Shown here one piece after another: positions 26,514 to 36,463 of a stretch of 57,069 bases of DNA (position 1 is the first letter of the stretch; each line of letters opens with the position of its first letter). The translations under genes were made by a program, and so were the position numbers. The stretch lies in contig JAUWLP010000001.1 in assembly GCA_030613575.1 (NCBI GenBank), forward strand, positions 1 to 57,069, given 5' to 3'. The notes below the pieces were generated by a model, which had not been told where the DNA came from, searched no databases, and saw nothing but the letters and a program-made list of their open reading frames with translations. Origin of the DNA: Desulfobacteraceae bacterium. Its GTDB lineage: Bacteria > Desulfobacterota > Desulfobacteria > Desulfobacterales > UBA11574.

Positions 26514-29500
26514 ATGGCACTAACACGAAGGGAGTTCCTCAAGTGGTCAGGTACTGCGGGCGCAGCAGCAGCAGCCCTGTGCCTTGGCTTTGACTTGAAG
26601 CCTGTTAAATCTTACGCCGCTGAGCTTAAGATCCTCAAAGCCAAAGAGACCACCACCATCTGTCCATACTGTGGGGTCGGATGCGGTCTCATTGTGCACA
26701 CCAAAAAAAGCGGCAAACTTCTCAACGCCGAGGGTGACCCTGATCATCCTATCAATGAAGGAGCTTTATGCGCCAAGGGAGCAGCTCTCTACCAGATGAC
26801 GGTCAATAAAAACCGCATCAAGACCCCCCTCTACCGCGCACCTGAAAGCGATGAGTGGGAGGAAATTGGATGGGATGAGGCTTTTGAAAAGATTGCCGAG
26901 AAAGTAAAGGAAACCCGCGACGCCACTTTCACCGAGAAAAACGCTAAGGGTCAGGTAGTCAACCGCACTACAGGCATCGCCCATGTGGGTTCGGCGGCCC
27001 TGGACAACGAGGAATGCTGGGTCCTCCAGGGAATCATGCGTGCCCTGGGCCTGGTTTACATTGAACATCAGGCTCGTATCTGACACAGCGCCACTGTTGC
27101 GGCTCTGGCAGAGTCGTTCGGACGCGGTGCGATGACCAACCACTGGATCGACATTCGAAACTCCGACTGCATCTTGATCATGGGATCCAATGCAGCGGAA
27201 AACCATCCCATTTCCATGAAGTGGGTTACAAAAGCCATGGATAAAGGGGCAACGCTCATCAACGTAGACCCGCGGTTTACCCGTACATCTTCAAAAGCCG
27301 ACATATACACAGCTTTGAGGTCGGGTACGGACATCCCCTTTTTGGGCGGTATGATGAACTATATCCTCACCAACAAGAAGTACCATAAGGAATACGCGGC
27401 AAACTATACTAACGCCAGTTTTATAGTCGGCTCCAAGTTTGACTTTAAAGACGGTCTTTTTTCAGGATTTGATCCCAAGAAGAAGAAGTACGACAAGTCC
27501 GCCTGGGCATTTGAGAAAGACGCAAACGGTGTGCCCAAGCGGGATCTTACCCTTAAAGATCCGCGTTGTGTTTTCCAACTGATGAAAAAGCACTACTCTC
27601 GCTATACCCCCAAAACGGTTTCATCTATCACTGGAACACCAGAGAAAGATCTCAAGAAGGTTTGGGAAACTTATGCAAAAACCGGCGCCGTGGATAAGAC
27701 CGGAACCATCATGTACGCCATGGGCTGGACACAGCACACGGTGGGAGTACAGAACATCCGCATGATGGCCATGATCCAGCTCATGTTGGGCAACATGGGC
27801 CGGGCCGGAGGCGGGGTTAACGCCTTGCGCGGGGAGTCCAACGTGCAGGGTTCCACAGACCACTGCCTGCTGTTCCACATTTTGCCTGGTTACATGGCTA
27901 CCCCAAACACCAAATTGCCTAAGCTTGCCAATTATCTAAAAAGAAGGGCCAAGAGCAATGATCCATTGAGCGCCAACTGGTGGCAATATGAGCCCAAGTA
28001 TATGGTGAGCTTTCTCAAATCCATGTTCGGAGAAGCCGCCACCGTGGCCAACGACTTCGGTTACGACTGGATGCCTAAGCTGGATGCCGGCGCGGACTAC
28101 TCGTGGCTCACCATTTTCGACGAGATGTACAAAGGAAACCTCAAGGGATTCTTTGCCTGGGGTCAGAACCCGGCTTGTTCCGGAGCTAATTCCAACAAGA
28201 CCCGCAAGGCCATGGCCAAACTGGACTGGATGGTTAACGTCAACATTTTTGACAACGAAACCGCCTCATTCTGGAAAGGTCCTGGAATGAATCCCGATGA
28301 AATCAAGACCGAGGTTATTTTCCTGCCCTGCGCTACCAGTGTGGAAAAAGAAGGCTCGATTACAAACTCCGGTCGTTGGAGTCAGTGGCGTTACCAGGGC
28401 CCCAAACGATTACGTGGCGTTAAACCAGACGGCGAGATTATGGTCGAACTCTTCGAGAAGATCCGTGAGCTGTACAAAGACGGCGGAACATTTCCCGAGC
28501 CCATCCAAAACATGCGCTGGGACTTTGTTAAGAACGGAAAGTTTGACGCCCATGCCGTTGCCAAGCTGATAAACGGATATTTCGAGAAAGATGCCACCGT
28601 AAAGGGTAAATCCTTCAAAAAGGGCACCCTTGTGCCATCGTTCGCTTATTTGCTGACAGATGGCTCCACCAGTTCGGGAAACTGGCTCTACTGCAATTCC
28701 TATACGGAAAAGGGGAACATGGCTGCACGCCGTGGAAAGAAGGATCCCACCGGCATGGGTCTTTATCCCGAATGGTCATGGTGCTGGCCTGTTAATCGAA
28801 GGATCATTTACAACAGGGCATCCGTGGATTTAAACGGTAAACCATGGTCGCCGGATAAAAACATCCTGGAATACAAAAACGGCAAATGGGTGGGAGATGT
28901 ACCTGATGGCGGCTGGCCGCCCATGGTAAATAAGGAAAAGACCAAGCGGCCATTTATTATGAAACCGGACGGTGTGGCCTCGGTCTTTGGTCCTGGCCGG
29001 GCAGATGGACCTTTCCCAGAGCATTATGAGCCGTTAGAGTGCCCGGTCCCGAAAAATCTGTTTTCCAGCCAGCGCATGAGCCCGACAGCAGTAGTTTATG
29101 GTGCGGATACAGATGCTCATGCAACCTGTGACCCGCGTTTCCCCTTTGTGGGGACAACCTACCGGGTCACCGAGCACTGGCAGACCGGCATACTGACCCG
29201 CTGGCAGCCCTGGCTGCTTGAGACCCAGCCCCAACTCTTTGTAGAAATGAGTATAGAACTGGGCAAACTCAGGGGAATCAACAACGGAGACATGTGCAAG
29301 GTTTCATCGGCCCGCGGTGAAGTGGAAGCCGTGGCTATTGTGACCGGTCGATTTAAACCCTTTAAAGTACAAGGAACGACCGTTCATCAAATAGGTCTGC
29401 CCTGGTGCTTTGGATGGGTGCATCCAGAGGATGGTGGAGATTCGGCCAACCTCTTGACACCATCAACCGGTGATCCCAACACGAGAATCCCGGAGTCCAA

Positions 29501-29546
29501 GGCTTTTATGGTCAACGTGGAAAAAAGCGGGAAAAGGAGGGCGTAA
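26514..29546 (+). CDS. fdhA: Formate dehydrogenase catalytic subunit, Tat-exported, selenocysteine-containing
   Basis: Twin-arginine signal TRREFLK. An N-terminal Fe-S Cys cluster (CPYCGVGCG). ORFs 26514-27083 and 27132-29546 are in the same frame, with no other stop between them. The sequence around the UGA reads EHQARI-U-HSATVAALAESFGRGAMTNHW, the canonical Sec site of Mo/W-bisPGD formate dehydrogenases. Confidence 0.9.
27081..27083 (+). other. In-frame UGA read as selenocysteine
   Basis: Position and flanking residues match the conserved FDH active-site Sec/Cys. Confidence 0.85.
27094..27111 (+). promoter_or_regulatory. Candidate bacterial SECIS apical hairpin
   Basis: CUGUUG-CGGCUC-UGGCAG begins 10 nt after the UGA (3 Watson-Crick and 3 G-U pairs). 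It resembles the E. coli fdhF GUUGCA-GGUC-UGCACC arrangement as recalled. Folded by eye only. Confidence 0.4.
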
Positions 29547-29549
29547 ACC

Positions 29550-30200
29550 ATGGCTGGTAAATTTTTCTTTATAGACACGACCCGTTGCACTGCCTGCCGC
29601 GGTTGTCAAATCGCCTGCAAGCAGTATAAAAAGCACTCTGTTAGCAAAACAAAGCAATATGGCACTTACCAGAATCCGATAGACCTGGATGCAAACACGT
29701 TCCGCCTGGTGCGCTTTTCAGAGCACCCATCAAAGGTCAACTCTATGGTCTGGTACTTTTTCTCTGAAGCCTGCCGTCACTGCCTGAAGCCGGGCTGTCA
29801 AAAGAAGGTGGAGCAGATCAAAAAGGATGCTATCATTATTAACGATTTTGGAGCAGTCTTGTATACTGACAAGATGCAAGGACTGGAAAAAAGCTCCAAA
29901 GCAATTAAACAGGCCTGTCCCTGGAGCATCCCCAACTGGAGCAAAAAAGAGAAGCAGATGGTCAAGTGCAATATGTGCTACGATCGCGTAGAGGCCGGGC
30001 TTCTGCCGGCATGTGCCAAAGCTTGCCCTACAGGTGCTATCAACTTTGGTGATGAGGCGGAAATGAAAAAGCTTGCCAACGAGTGTTTGGCAGCGGCCAA
30101 GAAGAAATTTGGTGGCAAGGGTGAAATTTTAGATTCCGAAGATGTTCGGGTGCTATATCTAATAATAGACGAACAGGCTAAATATCGCCCGGTAGCATAA
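29550..30200 (+). CDS. fdhB: Formate dehydrogenase iron-sulfur (beta) subunit
   Basis: 216 aa with CTACRGCQIAC, CRHCLKPGC and CNMCYDR...CAKACP ferredoxin-type clusters. Confidence 0.85.
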   Translation: MAGKFFFIDTTRCTACRGCQIACKQYKKHSVSKTKQYGTYQNPIDLDANTFRLVRFSEHPSKVNSMVWYFFSEACRHCLKPGCQKKVEQIKKDAIIINDFGAVLYTDKMQGLEKSSKAIKQACPWSIPNWSKKEKQMVKCNMCYDRVEAGLLPACAKACPTGAINFGDEAEMKKLANECLAAAKKKFGGKGEILDSEDVRVLYLIIDEQAKYRPVA

Positions 30201-30208
30201 TCCAACCT

Positions 30209-30232
30209 GGGGCTCCGTCAATCCGGAGCCCC
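30209..30232 (+). terminator. GC-rich stem-loop after fdhB
   Basis: ggggctccg / cggagcccc, a 9-bp stem with a 6-nt loop. There is no clear U-tract. Confidence 0.4.
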
Positions 30233-30262
30233 ACACTTATAACGACTGCTTTTTCTTGACAA

Positions 30263-30410
30263 TCTCGTAAAAAGTCGAAATTCGACGGCAAAGTAAAAAG
30301 CTTCAAATTCAAGGCGCGCAAATCCTGAGGAATGAGGCGTACTTATAGTACGCTGCAATGACGAAGGATGCAACGCAACGCAGAAGTTTGAGCTTTTTAC
30401 GAAGCCGTCA
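30263..30410. repeat. R1c: 148-bp structured repeat
   Basis: ctcgtaaaaagtcgaaattcgacggcaaagtaaaaagc...cgtac-ttata-gtacg...gctttttacgaagccgtca. About 94% identical to R1d. Confidence 0.9.
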
Positions 30411-30439
30411 TTATTTGTTTTAAAAAAGGAGGATCAACC

Positions 30440-33400
30440 ATGAAAAGATGCTTAATTATAATATTAGCCCTGGTTTTTATTTTTTCGTCTCGACTTTGGG
30501 CTGATGATACTGATATTTACGGGACCACAAGCATCTCAGTTACACCCAACATCCTCATTATTTTTGATACTTCAGGGAGCATGAGCACAGTTGATGTTCC
30601 GGGGGAGTACTATAATCCGGCTACGACCTATTCGGGCTCCTATACGAATGATGCGGTTTATCGAAAAGTTTATGGATGGTTTAGTTGGAGCTATGAGGGG
30701 TTTGCAAGCAACATCAATGACCTGAACTGTCCGGCTGTTAAGACAGCTCTGGAAACCTATGGGCAGGTTGAAGCGAATATAGGGGATTCGGGCAGCGGGT
30801 ATACGTGCGGCGGAACAGCAAAAGATCTGTATATGGGAAACTGGATAAACTACGATGAATCCGGAACCGGCACTATGCGCAGCAGGATTTCCGTGGCCAA
30901 GGAGGTCATTACGACTATCATCAATGACACAGATGATGTGCGATTCGGGCTTATGAGATTCAATAATGATCAGGGAGGGCATATCGTTCAAGAATGCGGT
31001 ACTGACAAAACCACTTTAATTAACTCGGTAAACAGTCTTCCTGCTAGTGGATGGACCCCGTTGGCCGAGACCCTGGCCGAGGCCGGTCTTTATTTTGCCG
31101 GGAAGGAAAGCTGGTATAATGACACAGGCACTTATAGCACCCCTATGCAGTACCGCTGCCAGAAGAACTATATCATCCTGATGACAGACGGTGCATCCAC
31201 TCAGGATCGAGATTCGAAACTTACATCCGGCACCTATATTAATGGTGATACGATAGGTGATTATGATAACGACGGCAACGATCCGGGGAGTTATTCAAGT
31301 TATTCAGATAATGGTTCAGATTATCTGGACGATGTGGCCAAGTATCTTTATGAAAACGATCTAAATTCTTCCCTGGGCACATCCGGAGGTTCATTTGAGG
31401 AACAGAATGTCATCACTTACACCATAGGCTTTCAGACACAGCAGCAGCTTTTAGGAGAAACAGCGCTCAATGGCGGGGGGCAGTATTACACGGCAAACAG
31501 TATTTCAGGCCTTACAGCTGCCTTTGAGAGGATAATGACCGATATTGCTGATGTAAATGCAGTGTTTGTTTCTCCAGTGGTACCGGTAAGCCGCATGAAC
31601 CGTACCTATGCAGGCAATTCACTTTACGTGGGTTTTTTTAAACCCCAGACCGACGGCAGATGGGCCGGCAATATCAAGAAGTACGGACTTGATTCAGATG
31701 GAAATATCATCGATGCTAACGGGCTTGCGGCAACACTGTCGGATGGAACGATCAAGGACAATGCCAGATCTTTCTGGTCCACCTCACCCGACGGTCCCAA
31801 TGTGCTTGAGGGAGGCATCGGCGGAATCCTCCTTGACCAGGCAAGCCGGAATCTTTACACCTATATGGGATCTGCGGCGGATTTGACCGATGCAACCAAC
31901 ATTTTCTCAACTTCCAATACCACAATTACAACCTCTACATTAGACGTTTCCACCAGCGCTCAAAAAGATGACGTGATCAACGACATACATGGCGGAAGCA
32001 GGGAATGGATACTGGGAGACATCCTCCACTCAAAACCATCGGTTGTACACTATGATACCGACGGCAACGGTTCTCTGGATGAGTCTTTTATATTTGCGGG
32101 CAACAATGACGGGATGATGCATTGTTTCAAAGACAGTGATGGAAGTGAGGAGTGGGGATTCATCCCTCCGGATCAACTTCCCCTGTTGAAAACGTTTTCA
32201 GATGGCAGTACCAACCATAAGTATTTTGTGGACGGTGCCCCTGTGATATATGAAGCGACCAACCAGAAGATTCTCTTTTTCGGGGAGCGCCGGGGGGGAT
32301 ATAACTACTATGCTCTTGATATTACAACCTATAACACGCCAAGTTATCTTTACAAGATAGAGTCAAATTTCCTGGCTAATATAGATGGTGATGGAATTAA
32401 CGGTGTTGACGGAGTAAATGCCACCCTTGGTCAGTCCTGGTGTACACCTACAACACATAAGATCAAGACCTCGAGTGGATCGGATACGGTTTTCTTAATG
32501 AGCGGGGGCTATGACACCAATCAGGACCTGGATACTCCGAACGTTTCTGATTCAGTGGGAAAGGCGGTTTTTGCTATAAAGGTCTCGGATGGGGCGATCA
32601 GCAGCCTGAATGTTAATGCCGGGTACTACACCGATATGACCCATTGCATTGTGGATGTTTCTGGATTCGATACAAGCGGGAATGGTTATACAAACAGAGT
32701 TTATGCAGGAGATCTCGGGGGTAGTATTTTTGCTTTTGAGGATGACGATCAAGACGGCACATGGAGCAGGAGAAAGTTTTTTTCGGCTTCAGCTGATGAC
32801 GGTGTCCAAAGGAAGATCTTTTATTCGCAGGATGCGGTTAAGGAATCATTCGGGGAGATGATCTTTTTTGGTACCGGGGACCGTGCAGATCCTGAGGAGA
32901 CAGGCGTTGTAAATCGTATTTATGCTGTAAAAAATTCCTGGGAAGATCCTGCTACTTTTAGTACCATAACCGAATCTGATCTCACTGATGTTACCGACAA
33001 CCTGATTGTGTTAGGCAATGAGACTCAGAGGACCGAAGTTCGGGAGGCGCTTTCTAATTCAAAAGGCTGGTATATCCGGCTGGAGAATTTCGGGGAAAAG
33101 GTCACATCTTCTGTTACGGTATTTAACGGTGTGGTCTATTTTACCACCTATACACCCGAGTCAGGTGGTGGAGGCGGCGGTGATCCGTGTGTAGCTGTTG
33201 CCGGCAGAGGACAGGCTCGTCTATATGCGCTTAATTATAAAACAGGGGAAGCGGCTTTCGAATATAGCGACATAACAGAGACGGATGGGGAAGGGAATGT
33301 TGTCACGCAGGGGAAACATGATCGCAGCAAGGTTATCGGCACATCCATCGCATCGGCACCGGTTATTGCCGTGCTTGAAAGTGGGCCGCAGATCTATATC

Positions 33401-33484
33401 GGAGTTGAAGGCGGCGTTTCAACTGAAGATCCAAATGTAACGGCTGCTTTGAATACCTATTATTGGCGCCAAATTAATAATTAA
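30440..33484 (+). CDS. PilY1-like type IV pilus-associated adhesin with N-terminal vWA domain
   Basis: 1014 aa. Signal peptide then DDTDIYG. vWA MIDAS motif ILIIFDTSGSMS and MTDGAST. The C-terminal region resembles a PilC/PilY1 beta-propeller (HSKPSVVHY..., GDLGGSIFAF, FFGTGDR). Confidence 0.8.
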   Translation: MKRCLIIILALVFIFSSRLWADDTDIYGTTSISVTPNILIIFDTSGSMSTVDVPGEYYNPATTYSGSYTNDAVYRKVYGWFSWSYEGFASNINDLNCPAVKTALETYGQVEANIGDSGSGYTCGGTAKDLYMGNWINYDESGTGTMRSRISVAKEVITTIINDTDDVRFGLMRFNNDQGGHIVQECGTDKTTLINSVNSLPASGWTPLAETLAEAGLYFAGKESWYNDTGTYSTPMQYRCQKNYIILMTDGASTQDRDSKLTSGTYINGDTIGDYDNDGNDPGSYSSYSDNGSDYLDDVAKYLYENDLNSSLGTSGGSFEEQNVITYTIGFQTQQQLLGETALNGGGQYYTANSISGLTAAFERIMTDIADVNAVFVSPVVPVSRMNRTYAGNSLYVGFFKPQTDGRWAGNIKKYGLDSDGNIIDANGLAATLSDGTIKDNARSFWSTSPDGPNVLEGGIGGILLDQASRNLYTYMGSAADLTDATNIFSTSNTTITTSTLDVSTSAQKDDVINDIHGGSREWILGDILHSKPSVVHYDTDGNGSLDESFIFAGNNDGMMHCFKDSDGSEEWGFIPPDQLPLLKTFSDGSTNHKYFVDGAPVIYEATNQKILFFGERRGGYNYYALDITTYNTPSYLYKIESNFLANIDGDGINGVDGVNATLGQSWCTPTTHKIKTSSGSDTVFLMSGGYDTNQDLDTPNVSDSVGKAVFAIKVSDGAISSLNVNAGYYTDMTHCIVDVSGFDTSGNGYTNRVYAGDLGGSIFAFEDDDQDGTWSRRKFFSASADDGVQRKIFYSQDAVKESFGEMIFFGTGDRADPEETGVVNRIYAVKNSWEDPATFSTITESDLTDVTDNLIVLGNETQRTEVREALSNSKGWYIRLENFGEKVTSSVTVFNGVVYFTTYTPESGGGGGGDPCVAVAGRGQARLYALNYKTGEAAFEYSDITETDGEGNVVTQGKHDRSKVIGTSIASAPVIAVLESGPQIYIGVEGGVSTEDPNVTAALNTYYWRQINN

Positions 33485-33501
33485 AGGGTTAATAATGATG
33501 G

Positions 33502-33647
33502 TCTCGTAAAAAGTCAAAATCGACGGCAAAGTAAAAAGCTCCAAATTCAAGGCGCGCAAATCCTGAGGAATGAAGCGTACTTATAGTACGCTGCAATGAC
33601 GAAGGATGTAGCGCAACGCAGAAGTTGGACTTTTTACGAAGCCGTCA
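33502..33647. repeat. R1d: 146-bp structured repeat, direct copy of R1c
   Basis: Differs from R1c by 6 substitutions and 2 single-nt indels in a hand alignment. Confidence 0.9.
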
Positions 33648-33667
33648 ATAATTAACGGGAGGTTTTT

Positions 33668-34063
33668 ATGAACTATACGAATGTTTTTGCAAAGACACTT
33701 TTTCTCTTGATTGTTATGGGCATATGCGGATTTTCATATCCTAATAATACGGCTGCGTTTTCAAAGGAGAGTATCAATTTTGATCGCATGGAGCCTGTTG
33801 AAATTAATGCAGTTATTTCTGAGATTAATCTAAGAGAAGCATATTTGATCGTAGGAGAAAACAAGATATTATTAATCGAATTTAAGGTTGGTAGCAAGCA
33901 CTACAGGACCGCTTTTGTAAATGAAAGGGGTAATACTTCTTATATTACTTCTTTGAGGGCTATTTTATGGAAGGGAGAAAGGGTGCTTGTGAGAGGTTTC
34001 AAGCTTGATAATGGAGATATATTAGCCGGAATAATAAAAAAAATTCCATCCGGTCATAAGTAA
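33668..34063 (+). CDS. Small secreted hypothetical protein
   Basis: 131 aa. RBS gggagg. N-terminal hydrophobic signal-like segment. No family recognised. Confidence 0.5.
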   Translation: MNYTNVFAKTLFLLIVMGICGFSYPNNTAAFSKESINFDRMEPVEINAVISEINLREAYLIVGENKILLIEFKVGSKHYRTAFVNERGNTSYITSLRAILWKGERVLVRGFKLDNGDILAGIIKKIPSGHK

Positions 34064-34145
34064 AAGTTAAAAGTGTCTAAAGTGATCTAAAGTGCCTAAA
34101 GTTATGGTGTCGCTCCGCTCCGCAACTTTAGTTCACTTCAAACTC
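34064..34145. repeat. R2a: ctaaagtg-type palindromic repeat
   Basis: Left arm: tandem 9-10-mers agtgtctaa agtgatctaa agtgcctaa agtt. Right arm: aactttagttcacttcaaactc. The loop contains gtgtcgctccgctcc. Confidence 0.75.
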
Positions 34146-34220
34146 TTGTAGCAATTCTTCAGGCAGAGGCGGAAAAGACAGTTTTCGTTCAGGCACTATT
34201 TAGTATCTTGAATCTTAGAT

Positions 34221-35204
34221 ATGAGTTTAACATTCAAAGAAAAGTCTAAAGATATTACTATGGATGCAGCAGATGGTTTGCCTAACTGGAAAGCCTTTCT
34301 GAATGCCTTTGCTCCCGTTTATTTTTTATCTTTTTCATTATTGCGCTGTTATGTGGAGACCGCGATACTGGCCGACCAAAGCTCTTTTTCCTATTATGTT
34401 GCCCTGCATCACACCCTCTGGAATGCCACTACAATTTTGATTATTATTCTGCTTATGAATTTTATTTTAAAAGTTCCTATAATGCGTTTGCTCTGGGTGA
34501 TGTATGGAATTACGTTAATGGCGATTCCTCTTTTTTACGCAATGATGACGGGTGAAAATTTACGTCTTGAATATTTGAGAGGATCATTTGCTGAAATTAT
34601 AAGCTATGTTGCGACATTTTGCTGGACATATTTAAGAAATAGGCCTCTTACGATCGAATTGCTGGTTATTTTCTTCTCCATGTTCGCTGTTGGATACGCG
34701 TATACAAAAAGCTTTCCTCGAGCTATGTTCCTTGCCGTATCGGTTCACATTGTAGGAAATATCTTTGCAATCCATTGGGTCGGTCCGATACCGTATGCCA
34801 AATCTATCATCGGATTCAGGACTCAATGGAGCCATCATCAGTTCATGTCCGTATTATGGCTTAATACGCTGACTGCTATGGCCATGTTTTTTATTTGGCG
34901 TGCAGGATGGTTTGGCGGAATGAAACGATCCTGGTTTTATGCAGCCTCGGCGGCTGTCGCCGTCTGGATGGTTCAAGCGGTCATTTTCAATGTTACAGGC
35001 TGGTTTCACAGACCCTTTGATATTTTCATGTCCGGTCTGCCTGCAGTCACCATTACCTTTTTATTGGTGAGACTTTTCTCCTCTGAACGTGGAATGCTTT
35101 CCGGCTGGGCCTGGGCCACGATGAGCATTATTTTTTTGATACAACTGGCCGTGATGGGGCCTATTTATCTTAATAATATAAAGGCGAATTCATTACCGCT
35201 ATAG
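34221..35204 (+). CDS. Polytopic membrane protein of unknown family
   Basis: 327 aa with about 8-9 hydrophobic segments. The start is uncertain (alternative ATG at 34260). Confidence 0.55.
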   Translation: MSLTFKEKSKDITMDAADGLPNWKAFLNAFAPVYFLSFSLLRCYVETAILADQSSFSYYVALHHTLWNATTILIIILLMNFILKVPIMRLLWVMYGITLMAIPLFYAMMTGENLRLEYLRGSFAEIISYVATFCWTYLRNRPLTIELLVIFFSMFAVGYAYTKSFPRAMFLAVSVHIVGNIFAIHWVGPIPYAKSIIGFRTQWSHHQFMSVLWLNTLTAMAMFFIWRAGWFGGMKRSWFYAASAAVAVWMVQAVIFNVTGWFHRPFDIFMSGLPAVTITFLLVRLFSSERGMLSGWAWATMSIIFLIQLAVMGPIYLNNIKANSLPL

Positions 35205-35233
35205 TATTTATAACCGGAATACGGAGTTATGGT

Positions 35234-36070
35234 TTGACTGGCATGATCTCATACCTCCAATTGTGTCGCAGTGATGTCGCCCTAATCGCTTTCTTTTCAT
35301 ACCTTGTTGGAGCGGAACTGGCCGGAGGCACAGATCTGTATGATGTTATCATTGCCCTTGCAGTTACCCTGATTTCAACAAATTTTATCTACAGCTTCAA
35401 TTCATGGACGGACTGGGAAATTGACAGGGTAAGTAAAGCTTACAGACCCATTCCTTGCGGAAAGATAAAACCGGCGCAGGCACTCATCTATTCCCTTGCG
35501 CTGCTCATTCTTTCGGTTGTTTATCCTTTATTTGTTTATAAATCCTATTTTACATTATCACTCTTTCTTCTTCTCCCTGTACTTGGGCTTTTATATTCTG
35601 CCAGGCCTATCCGCTTAAGGAGATATCCATTTGCGGCAACTGTTACTATTAGTATGGGATTGATAACGCCCATCATGCTGGGATATTTTATGAATACATC
35701 AGATACCTGCCTCATCCCATTTTTTGTGGTTTTGTTTCTGTTTTGTTTAAGTGTTATTCCATTGAAGAAGATAGAAGAGGTAGATGAGGACGAAATAAGC
35801 GGATATCGCAATCTGTATTCAAAATTTGGTTTGATGATTTTACTATGGCCGATAGGCGGGCTGTCACTGGTTCTTTTTCTGGTACTTTTTTTTAGCGCGG
35901 AGAATTTATTAAAGATCTACATGCTTGTTATAACTATCAGTTCGATGGTTTGTATCCTCTTATTCGGTGTGTTTAGGGAAAAGCTATATCAATTATATCA
36001 AACGATTATTTATATAGTGGTTGTTGAAGGTGTCATTTTTTATCTGATATTGAAGTTGATGGTTTCATGA
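35234..36070 (+). CDS. UbiA-superfamily prenyltransferase
   Basis: NSWTDWEID (NxxxDxxxD) followed by YRPIPCGKI, and a second acidic motif KKIEEVDEDEISGYRNL. Multi-TM. TTG start at 35234 or ATG at 35243. Confidence 0.75.
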   Translation: MTGMISYLQLCRSDVALIAFFSYLVGAELAGGTDLYDVIIALAVTLISTNFIYSFNSWTDWEIDRVSKAYRPIPCGKIKPAQALIYSLALLILSVVYPLFVYKSYFTLSLFLLLPVLGLLYSARPIRLRRYPFAATVTISMGLITPIMLGYFMNTSDTCLIPFFVVLFLFCLSVIPLKKIEEVDEDEISGYRNLYSKFGLMILLWPIGGLSLVLFLVLFFSAENLLKIYMLVITISSMVCILLFGVFREKLYQLYQTIIYIVVVEGVIFYLILKLMVS

Positions 36071-36153
36071 TAGGTTCTGATTTGGGCAATAGCCTGAAAA
36101 AATATATGCCAAAAAGCAGAGGCGTTTATATCGTTAAATAATATGGAGGGCAC

Positions 36154-36435
36154 GTGCAAACAATACGAAAGCAGATGATTGAACTTTTGGATAAAAAAGA
36201 GATGAGTGCCAGAGAGATCTCACAAACCATAGGAATTAGGGAAAAAGAGGTCTATGAGCATCTTTCTCATATTGCGCGTTCTGTAAATGCTAAGAGAAAA
36301 AACCTTATTATCATACCCGCCGAGTGTTTAGAGTGCGGATATGTTTTTGAAAATCGAAAGCGTTATACCCGCCCGAGTCGTTGCCCGCACTGCAAAAGCG
36401 AACACATCCAGAATCCAGTGTACCGAATTGATTAA
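36154..36435 (+). CDS. HTH domain fused to Zn-ribbon, putative transcriptional regulator
   Basis: 93 aa. GTG start with RBS ggaggg. MSAREISQTIGIREKEVYEHLSHI plus CLECG...CPHCKS. Confidence 0.65.
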   Translation: MQTIRKQMIELLDKKEMSAREISQTIGIREKEVYEHLSHIARSVNAKRKNLIIIPAECLECGYVFENRKRYTRPSRCPHCKSEHIQNPVYRID

Positions 36436-36463
36436 CCCGAATTTCTCAGGGTTTTTAAGGGGC

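Noticed and set aside
26514-27083. Treating 26514-27083 and 27132-29546 as two separate genes (a small Tat-signal protein plus a truncated FDH).
   Set aside because: Same frame, no other stop between them, and the UGA sits at the conserved Sec position. It is annotated as one selenoprotein.
30256-30284. A TTGACA at 30256-30261 as the promoter of an R1c-encoded small RNA or of the PilY1-like gene.
   Set aside because: The hexamer at the proper spacing (aattcg) is a poor -10, and the TTGACA is not conserved upstream of R1d.
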